DNA from: Felis catus
Taxonomy: Eukaryota
DNA length: 64,000 bases
Direction of reading: 5' to 3'
NCBI RefSeq assembly: GCF_018350175.1
Contig: NC_058368.1
Span: forward strand, 114,702,001 to 114,766,000
The notes beneath the pieces were generated by a model. The model saw nothing but the letters and a program-made list of their open reading frames with translations. It was not told the origin of the DNA and did not search any database. This document shows, one piece after another, positions 54,061 to 64,000 of the stretch (its first letter is position 1; each line of letters begins with the position of its first letter). Made by a program: the position numbers and the translations under genes.

Positions 54061-56324
54061 CCAGAATAATGTGGTCTTAGAATAACTAGGGAATGTGAGA
54101 GACTGATTCCCTAAGGAAGTGATGCTTGGGAATCTGTGTCCATTACAGTGTGTATTGTCCATTCTCCTCTTAACTGTAGAGTACATCTAGCTCATTCAAA
54201 TGAAATTTCTTACGAAACACAAATTATGGATTCAGCAGTCAGTTGTGAATAGCACTTGCTAGACTCAGGTGTGAAGAAAGGCAAGCTCAGATTGAAGAAA
54301 GGCTCCCATCAGTCTAGCTGGTTTGAGGAGCCTCTGACCACAGTATCCAGGGAATCAGCTGGGAGTGTCAGAAAACCACAAGGAAGAGGTAATCTTATCT
54401 TGAATCCAAGGGCTGTGCCAGGAGGAGCAGGCTGGAACATAGTGGCACTGAGTTATATCTGTGGAATGGATCCTCTGAGAATTGTAGGTCAAAGAAAAAG
54501 CTGGGAGAAAGAACCAAGAGCTGAAGCACATTCCTGTGTTAAGCAAGAGTTCCGCCCGTGACCAAGTCATGTTCCCATAATTTGCCAGATTATACACAGC
54601 TAATATTCTAGGATTTTCCCATCCTGTAATTAAAATTGTTTTGTTGTCTTTATTCTGAACAGCTGATAAAATGTATGACTTTCAAATAACTCAAGATGGA
54701 GGACAAGGCAGCTACGAGGTGGCAATGACTGGTGGGTGCTGGCTGGTCTCACGTTCAGAGTCTTCAGAAACAGGCAGTGTTTCCTTGAGAGTGGCTTTTA
54801 GACTTTTTGACATTTTAGTAAATTGTCACAATTATAGACAAATGTCAAAGAAAGGTTCCACAATTGGGGCTTTTTAAGGAACATTTTCTTGGATATGAAT
54901 GGACTTTGGGAGATGTGTGCAGACTTACCCTTCCTCCCATCCTCCCTCCCACATCTTCATGCACTACTTTTGTGGCTGGTAGACAGGCAGACATCAGTGT
55001 ATACTCCAGGGAAACATGTGGGCTCTCATACCAGGAGTTAGCATTCAGTGACCTGGCTGAGGCACAATGTGGAAATTAAAAGATAAAAACATGAGATATG
55101 TGATGGGGGCTGTAGTTTGGAATAAATGGGTTCAGGCCCTCTGCCCAGTCAGCCTAACATTTCTGGCAGCTGCTGCATTCAATAGACGACTCCATTAACA
55201 TCTCCTTGTAGGGAGGGAGTGAGGGAGAGAGAGGGAGAGTTGAATGTGTATGTGTGTTGGGAGAAAAGTAAAAAGCTTGGAGCTTTCCTCCATGTCCCTT
55301 GGGGGAACTTGTGTGTTTCCCTTAGTCTGTGTGCCATCACAGGCTTTGACAACTGAGGTAGAGCTGTAAAGGGTAGTAATATGGGTAAGGTAGAGTGAGG
55401 GCTCAAACCACTTGTCTTCTCATCCCCACAGCATAAGCAGGATGAGAAGGAATCTATCCTTCTCTCTCACTGTAATGAAGAAATTGTAGGTCCTGGAATC
55501 CAGAGGATAAAAACAGGGATTTGGGGGTGTCCTCTGAGAGATTCTGTGACAAAGCTGGTAGTTGAGGAGAGGTGAGGGGAGGAAGAAAGTGAGTCTCAGG
55601 ATTTAGAAGCTGGTTCCTGAGTGAGAAGAAACTGGTCCCCACTGTAGGAGGAGAGGAGGGACATATCTAAAGATGAAAACAAAGGAAGCAGACAGCCATC
55701 TTTTGCCTGAGGGCATTTGGGTTGACCACTCTGAAGGCTAGAGAAGGGTGCATGCCTCTTACTGTGGCTTATGAATGAGACTCAGAACCTATCAGATAGT
55801 CCTGCCTGGGACTTCCTGAGTCCCTGGTACACAGAACACAGAGGGTAGTAACAAGTAACCACGTTTCCACAGAGGGATTTTCAGTCTTAGCATTTTCCCA
55901 CTCCAGCTTTTTAGCTGCTTGTCAGACCACATGAGGGCAGAATATTGAACCCAACCATATCACAGCTGCTGGAGATTTCCCCAGAGGAGAATGTGCTACA
56001 AGAGGGAACAAAGCAGCTCTGATCCAAGACTTTGCTTCTGGCATCCCTGAATGCCCTCACCAGCTTACCTCCTCTCAAAAGTCATTTCTGGAGCCAGAGC
56101 GAGGTATTTGGGGGTGCTGCACCCCCACAAATCCACAGAACTGAATGTGACCTGCCCAGAGACAAGGTCTCAGTCAGATCAAGGCCGTGCTTCTTGAATA
56201 TGGGGGGGAGGCCACATTGGAGAGTACAGTCAACAGTTCCCTAGCTTAGAGGTCTAAAGTGCTGGGGTCAGGTCCTGATTCTACTTCATATAGCTGTGTG
56301 ACCTTGGGCTATTATTTAGTTCTT

Positions 56325-56893
56325 TATTTTATTTTTTTAATGTTTATTTTATTTTTGAGACAGAGAGACAGAGTGCAAGTGAAGGAGGGGCAGAGAGAGA
56401 GGGAGACACAGAATCTGAAACAGTTCCAGGCTCTGTGCTGACAGTACAGAAACTGATGCGGGGCTCTAACTAATGGAATGTGAGATCATGACCTGAACCA
56501 GAGTTGGACGCTTAACTGACTGAGCCACCCAGGTGTCCCATTATTTGACATTATTTAAACTTGAGTGTTTTACCTCTAAAATGGGAATAATAACACCTTT
56601 ATCAGAGGGCTATTATCAAAATCAGGTAATGTGCATAAAAGCACTTTGTAGGGGCACCTGGGTAGCTCAGTTGGTTAAGCCTCCTGACTCTTAATTTTGG
56701 CTCAGGTCATGATCTCAGGGTCTTGGGATCCAGCCCTACATTGGGATCCACACTGGGCGTGGAGCCTACTTGAGATTTTCAATCTCTCTCTCTCTGCCTC
56801 TCTCTCTCCCTCTCTCTCTCTCCCCCTCCCTCCCTCCCCCCTCTGCCCCCCTCTGCTCACACGTCCTCTCTCTCTCTCTCTTAAAAAAAAAAA
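56325..56893. mobile_element. Two CanSINEs (-56325-56539, +56651-56893) within a MIR remnant
   Basis: SINE heads and tails; MIR-like TGTGTGACCTTGGGC and TAAAATGGGAATAATAAC flanks. Confidence 0.85.
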
Positions 56894-57167
56894 GCCGTTT
56901 GTAAAAGGCTAAATTGGTAGAAAGAATTATTTCCCTATTCCTTCATTCTGCCTTCCAAATCCAAAGGCGTCTCCTTGGAATGTGTGAAAGCTGTTGGGTT
57001 CAAGTTAAACACTGGAAAGATATGTGTGTGGTGAGGGCAAGGAGAGATGAAGGGAGAGTAAAAGACACAGTGAAGTGGTGTCTCCTGTAGTCATGGAGGA
57101 TGTGACATGAGCTTCTTACCCACACAGTAAGAGTGTGTAAACACCTCTTAAGTTTGTACCTTAAGTT

Positions 57168-58017
57168 TGTGGCAAAATAAGAAACATATATTTGATCATT
57201 GTCCTCAATTCCTGACAAAGAGCTCCTAAAACCCTTGTAATTTCCTGACTGATGGGGGTTATAGCAGCATTTTTTGTTTCCGACACAGTGCTCCTAAATT
57301 GCTTGGAATTTCCAGAGTGACAGGAGCCTCTTTTGTTCTAATGAGGCAACTCTTAGTGGGACTTTAGATAGTTTCAGGATGGGGCTAGCCACCAGAAGGA
57401 CTAAGCCTCAGAGGCCTAGAACTTTCATCCGTACTCCACCCAACCTCTGAAGAGGGAGGAGGAGCTGGAGATTGAGTAATCTATCATGCCTATGTAATGA
57501 AACCTCTATTAAAGCTCCTAAATGAAAAGGTTCAGAGAGCTTCCAGTTCGGTGAATGCATCCTTGTATCAGGAGGATGATGGACCCCAAATCCATGGGGA
57601 CAGAAGCTCCTATGCTCAGGACCCTTCTGGACCTCACCCTGTGTACCTCTTCATCTGTCTGTTCATTGTATCCTTTATAATGTCCTCTGTTAATAAACCA
57701 GTAAAGGTAAGTAAAGTGCTTTCCTTAGTTCTGTGAGCTGTTATAGCAAAGCATTGCATCTGGAGAGGGGGCTGTAGGAACCCCCAATTTGTAACTGGTT
57801 GGTCAGAAGTAGAGGTGGCCAGAGATTTGTGATTGGTATTTGAAGTGGGGGCAGTCTTATGAGACTGAGCCCTTGTGAGATCTGAGGCTAACTCCAGGTA
57901 GTATCAGAATTGAGTTAAGTTTAAGACAGTTGGCTGGTGTCCAGAGAGTTGGAGAATTGGTTGTTGGTATAAGGAAAAACACTCCTTTGATGTTGGAATG
58001 TTCTGTCGGTAGAAACA
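57168..58017 (+). mobile_element. MER21-like (ERVL) solo LTR
   Basis: TG...CA ends; AGAGCTCCTAAAACCCTTG, GGGACAGAAGCTCCT, AATAAA, GGGGGCAGTCTTATGAGACTGAG. Confidence 0.75.
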
Positions 58018-58399
58018 GATCTTGGTCATAGTACTCCAGCCGGGAAGCCACTGGCTTGAAATACCTGATGGTCTGATGCTTCTCTGGTAAAGAAGGGCAA
58101 CCTGGGACACCAGAAGGTGGAAATCTTGGCATGCAGAGGGAGACACAGATTGTGGACCCCTTTGTTTGCTGTGACTCTTCAGGCCCAGCCATATATCCTG
58201 GTTCTATGATTTCACTCCCCTGTTAGTCATATAGCCCTATGTTCCATTCCTGCTTCTGCAAAGAAAGGATGAGACGACCCCCCCCCCCCCCTTCTCTTGT
58301 TTGCAACAAGCCTTACTAGGATGCCTCACTTCAGAGCTATGGCTGGAGGGCTTGGGCTGTCATCACAGGATACTTGGCTTCCTAAGATAAAAAGAGCAC

Positions 58400-58612
58400 C
58401 TAACATTTACTGAGGGATTACTATGCACCAAGCACAGTGCTATATGCTCTTCAGGGCTTATCTCACTAATATAATCCTCCAAACAACCCCACTGAAGTTG
58501 GTTCTATTTTCCCCATTGTGTAGATAAGGAAACTGAAGCACAGCGAGGCTGCGTAGCTAGTAAATGGTAGAGCTAGTATTTGAATCCAGGCAGAGTGGCT
58601 TCAGAGCCACAG
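58400..58612. mobile_element. MIR SINE
   Basis: CCCCATTGTGTAGATAAGGAAACTGAAGCACAG core. Confidence 0.65.
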
Positions 58613-59419
58613 CTAGTAAGCAGATTTTGTAGGGCTTCTGAGGTAGGGCGGTAGGTGAAATTACTCTTCTAAGCCAGGGCCGTGAGCACGCGGGCAGTGT
58701 GCTCTACATATGTAGTCCAGAAGCATCTTTCGGGAGGCAAGCCAACCAATTTGATTTCAGAGTCTTCAGCTGTTTTGTGATGTTCCTTTAGGGGCTGCAA
58801 ATGGGTGTGGCACGGAAAAGGCTCTACTGCCATGTAAGTCAATAAAGATGAGGTGCAGGGAGGGGGCATATGGCCCCCTTGAGATATTACAGGAAAGAAA
58901 CACCTTTGCCTTTTGTTGAATCCGGAGTCTCCCAAAATTACCTGAGCAGAGAACTCAATTGTTTTCTTTGCAAGATGCCTACTAATACACAGTGGACCAC
59001 GGTTCCAGGACTACTGGTTTGGAAAATGCTCTCCTCAACTTCCCCTCCACCCCACTATGACTAAGTGCCCTTCAAGTAACAGCAGCACTTAGGATGGCAG
59101 CTAAGATTTCTGCAAAGAGCAAAGTGCTCAGTGGCCAGTCTGTTCAGATGGCAACCACATGATGCTAATTAAGCAAGGTCAGGCAGTTGCTGACGTTCCT
59201 AGGCAGCATGGAGAAGCCATCCACCAGGGCTAGGTGGTTTATTTCTTGCTTACATTTTCCCTTGTAGTGACAAGTGACGCCCTCCGGCTCCCAAGCCTCC
59301 TCTTGTCTAGACCCTTTACATGTCAAATCCGGACTGTCAGAACAGCCGTCTGACCAGTCTCCCCGCCCAGCTGGCTCTCCCCTGAGGTCTATCCTGCACA
59401 CCTGGCCAGATATGTCTTC

Positions 59420-59639
59420 TTTTTTTTTTTTTTTTTTCAACGTTTTTTATTTTTGGGACAGAGAGAGACAGAGCATGAACGGGGGAGGGGCAGAGAGAGA
59501 GGGAGACACAGAATCGGAAACAGGCTCCAGGCTCCGAGCCATCAGCCCAGAGCCTGACGTGGGGCTCGAACTCACGGACCGCGAGATTGTGACCTGGCTG
59601 AAGTCGGACGCTGAACCGACTGCGCCACCCAGGCGCCCC
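59420..59639 (-). mobile_element. Young CanSINE (SINEC_Fc-type)
   Basis: TSD AGATATGTCTTCTT. Confidence 0.93.
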
Positions 59640-61452
59640 AGATATGTCTTCTTAAAACACTGCTTCGAGCTTGCCACTCTCCTGTCCCAAATGCTTAATT
59701 CAGTTTTCAAGACTGTCCTGCATGGTCCTGATCTACCTTCATTGCTCCTTCCTCATGTCCTACATTCTAGATGAAGCTGAATCATTCTAAAGCCCCTCTG
59801 TGCGCTGTATATAATGCAGCCAGTGCTTGAAAAGCGCCTGCCCACCTCCCCTGTTTCCCTCTGTCAGAATCTTGTGTTCTCATTCATTCATTTTTCCATT
59901 CAAGAAGTATTCATTTCTGCCTCCTGTATGCCAGGCCCTCTGCTGGGATAAGACACAGTACCTTGATCTTAAGGAGCTAATAAAAATAGATAAATACACA
60001 CAGAGTGATGTGTGCTATGGTAGAGTGATGCTTAAGCTTTCATGGTGGGGCCGGGGAGGTGGGGGTGGGCACCTATCCCCCTGCCTGGGGCCCAGGGGGC
60101 AAGTCAAGGTAGGCTTCCTGGAGAAAGAGTGAAACTGTGAAAAGGTGTTAGTCATTTGAGGGCATGTGGTGTATGGCAGGAATTGGCCAAGGATGTGTTG
60201 GGTATCCAGATCTCTGCTGCAGGGCAAACCAGACTTGTTTGGTTTGAGATTCTCCCTGTCCTCAGGGAGAATCTCAGGCTGATCCTGTTGAGCTGAGGTA
60301 GACAGGTAAAGGGAAAGCACTTACACTCTTCATGGGAGTGGGAACTCAGACTGGGAGGAGGAAAGGAGGGCCGCGACTGATATACTCCCTGCATCCTGTA
60401 GGTTAGCGACCTCCTCCAGTTCCCAAGTCTCCTCTAAGAAATGAACTGCTACTGGAGTAGTTTGGTTGCCAGGGGCAACCCTGGAAGGCAGCCTCATTCC
60501 AAAGGCAGCCACTGAAGCCCCTTGCCCCGGGGCCTCATAGCCTGACTCTGGTAGACAATGGTGGGTAGCTCATCTCAGCCAGTCCCCTCTGGGAGGGGGT
60601 AGGCATCGGCCAATGTGTTCAGGTAGGTTGGAGCCAGGGTGTGGAAGATAGCCCTTCCAGCCACTCAGCAGGATCCTGAGACAAGACTCACAAAACAGTA
60701 GATGGCATTTTAATCCACACAAATACTTACTTAATATGAGTAACATAACCTGTTTCTGTGAGACATGGCCTAATTTACTTCAGGCCTCAGGCTTAATAAC
60801 TTAGCATTGACAACTTGCAGATGTGATGGCATGTGTGTGTATGTCTGCAGTGCTAATGAGATTGTAGAAGTGGTGAATTTCTCTTGCTCAGTGTTCCTAC
60901 TCTCTTGAGCTTGCCCACCAATAAGTCTCTCCTTTTCCTGAGCTGGGACTTGTGATCTGGGAAAATGGGGCCAATGGAGGGGAGAAGGCAGAGAGATTGT
61001 AGGCTCCTTTGAAGAGAGACAGAGTGAGAGCTCCTGGTGCAAATGACATGTAATTCAGTGTAGCAAGGCACCCTGCTTCTTTCTCTGGTTCCTCCTGTTC
61101 TTCCTGCTTGAATTTCCTGCTGCTCTCCTCCCCACAATAAAGAAATCTTGTGCTATTAAACTCAAAGCACCTGGGTTTTAGTTTCTGTTTTGGGACTTGG
61201 GCAATGTATTTAATCATCCTGAGCCTCATTTTCTTCACCTGTAAAATGGAAACAGTAACACCTGCCCTACCCAATCACAGTGTTATTGTAAATATAAGAT
61301 GAAGTGACATATTAGCAAGTGTTTTATAAACTGTAAGTAGCAATAATAGGAAGAAGAAGCAGCAGCGGCTTCCAGTTATTGAGCATTACTGTACCAATTG
61401 CTGTCTCTTTATTCATATGATCTCCTTTTAATCAAGATATCATTTCTCAAAC

Positions 61453-61582
61453 GGGCCCTTGGGTGACTCAGTCGGTTAAGTGTGCAGCTCTTAATTTTGG
61501 TTCAGGACATGATCTCATGGTTCACGAGATGGAGCCCCACGTTGTGCTCTGCACTGACAATGTGGAGCCTGCTTGGGATTCC

Positions 61583-61619
<37 letters not shown>

Positions 61620-61680
61620 CCTCCCCCACCCTTATGCAGGCTCTCTATCTCTCTCAAAATAAATAAATAAACATTAAAGA
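61453..61680 (+). mobile_element. CanSINE
   Basis: Head, (CT)n, tail; TSD AAGATATCATT. Confidence 0.88.
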
Positions 61681-62405
61681 TATCATTATTTGTATTCATA
61701 TCTGCTCTCTCCCTTAAGACTCAGCTCTCAATTCACCTTCACATGAGAGCTTCTTTGACAGTTCTTGCTCATGTTGGTTTCTAGCTTTTCTGAACTAGGA
61801 GGCACCCTCTAGGTTAATGTACTAGTGTTTCTCAAGTTCAAGTTCTCTTTCCCCAGCTGGATTATAAACTCCTTCAGTTTAGGGACTAGGTGCTCTACTT
61901 CAATTGATTTTCCTACAATATCAAACACATGGCAGGTGTTCCAGAAAACCTGAGACTGAAACTTTGTGGTCATGTAAGTATCACATAAGTTGAAAATTCC
62001 CTGCTTTGTGCAAAGCAGAGCTTTGGGTGGAGAGTTATTACTCTTTGTCTTCACCACCAGGAAAGGACCCATCTGCTCAATTCAGATTGATAATCATCAT
62101 CTTTACACAGCCTTACCAAGCCCCTAGATTGAGAATTTTGATTGCAAGACCTGCTTCTAGAAACACTAATCATGTTAGCCCTGCACCCCCTTCCATACGC
62201 TTGTCCTGCACCATACCTTTCTCCATGCTCATACAGATGTATGCAGCAGATACAGATGAATTCTGTTATTAAAAGACAGAGTGGTTCCCTTTTAAGGCAC
62301 AAGAGGATGCAAAGAAGACTAGAGTTAGATGTCAGGAGCGACTTGCCTCTCACCCCAGTGTGGAAACTCAGAGGGTTATATAAGGACACTAAAGCACCCT
62401 TAAAA

Positions 62406-62625
62406 GGGGCACCTGGGTGGCACAGTCAGTTAAGCGTCCGACTTCGGCTCAGGTCATGATCTCATGGTCCATGGGTTTGAGCCCCACATTGGGCTCTGTG
62501 CTGACAGCTCGGAGCCTGGAGCCTGCTTCGGATTCTGTGTCTCCCTCTCCTTCTGCCCCTCCCCGTGCTCACTCTGTCTCTCTCCCTCTCTCAAAAATAA
62601 ACATTAAAAACATTTTTTTTTTTTT
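62406..62625 (+). mobile_element. CanSINE
   Basis: GGGGCACCTGGGTGGCACAG head and tail. Confidence 0.9.
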
Positions 62626-64000
62626 ATAAAGGAGACTTGTTCTGCTTCCTAATTGCTCTCCAACTTATCTCAGATCGCTGCCCTCTGGCCCAGTGTGCCC
62701 CAAACACATTAGCCTCCTTTCTCATCTTTCGACCTGCCAAGTCCGTTCTAGCTTCAGGGCTTTTGTATTAGCTATTCCAAAACCCTGGGAGCTGCTGCTC
62801 TGAGATCTTTGCCTGGCTGCCACCTTCGTATCATTTGAGTCTTAAACTAAATTCTAAGTCTTTCCTGATCTCCCAGTTTAAAATAGCTTCCATGGGGTGA
62901 AAATATAGACTATACACATGTATTTGCTTTTTATATGATAAGTTTCTCTGGAAGGATGCACAAGAAATTAACATTCGTTGTTTATAGGGAGGGAAACTGG
63001 AGAGCTAGGAAACAGAGCTGGTAGAGAGGCTTCTCTGCATATCGTTTTCTATTTTTTCGTTTAAATTTAGACTCATTGAATATATTATCTATTCAAAAAT
63101 TAATTTAAAAATACAAAGAAAAAGAGAGAAAATAAAGTAGGCCCCTGCTGAGCATTCTTTATTTACTTTATAAATTTTATTTACAAAACTGGAAGCAGGC
63201 CATAGTTTGCTGATCCAATCCCTGCTCTATAATATCCTCTTATTTGATATTCATCCTGGCACTGATTATTGGTTTACTCATTTCTTATCTGCCTTCTCCC
63301 ACTAGAATGCAAGTGCCATGAAAGTATGGTGCTTTTCTGTCTTTTACCAGCATATCCCTGCACTTGGAACAGTTTCTGGCTCATAAATACTTAGGTGCTC
63401 AATAAATACTTGTTGAATAGCTGAGTAGTTGAATGAATTGTGTTTGGGCTGAAGGGAAAAGCACCCTTATTTGGAAGGAGATAAAATGAGATAAACTTTT
63501 GATGGCAGCCCCTCCAGAAGGAATAATGTCTAGTTTGGTCATCCTCCACAAAGCCCAATCTGTAGTTCTTGCCTCAAGGATTGCTGCTCATGCCTGCTTC
63601 CTGAAAGCAGATGCAAAACTGAATACCTGTCCTCCTAAGACCTATTCCAGAAGGTAGTGAAAGCAATGGATTCACCACTTGTCAGTTTAAGAAGAAGACA
63701 CACTCCCCCCATTCCCCCCCCTCCCCCCCCCCCCCCCACCTGGAGAAGCTGCTGAGTTGGCAGGTTGAGTTTTGCAAATAGTCACCCCTGAGGAAATGAG
63801 GGAACAGGACTCTGACTGCCAGAATGACATGAGTAACAGCCAGGACCTGGGGAGGAGGAGGAGCTGGGGAAAAGGAAAGGAGGGAGTTTGGCACATTGCA
63901 GCTTAGGCGGCACATTGCCCTGAACAAACAGCCTGCATCACCATGTGCTGATTAATTTTTTAAATGTTTCTGAATCAACACATGCTTTGCATGTCCGGGG

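Overview
Mammalian genomic DNA from a carnivore, most likely a felid (dense tRNA-derived CanSINE/SINEC_Fc-type elements). On the minus strand it holds the 5' end of ETF1 (eRF1; exons 1-2, CpG-island promoter, part of intron 2) and the complete 17-exon HSPA9 (mortalin) gene (2040-nt CDS, 679 aa, all GT-AG junctions in phase). HSPA9 carries two intronic C/D snoRNAs (SNORD63 and a paralogue) and two 3'-truncated snRNA retrocopies (U2, U6) with target-site duplications. The ~30 kb upstream of HSPA9 has no intact gene, only SINEs, LINEs, LTRs and DNA-transposon relics. Two unexpected signals lie there: a decayed PIF/Harbinger transposase coding remnant (~41.6-42.1 kb), and a colinear chain of minus-strand exon-like segments (~36.8-53.2 kb) that may be a decayed LRRC74-like leucine-rich-repeat gene. 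Repeat family names and protein comparisons come from recalled consensus motifs, not database searches; repeat boundaries are approximate.
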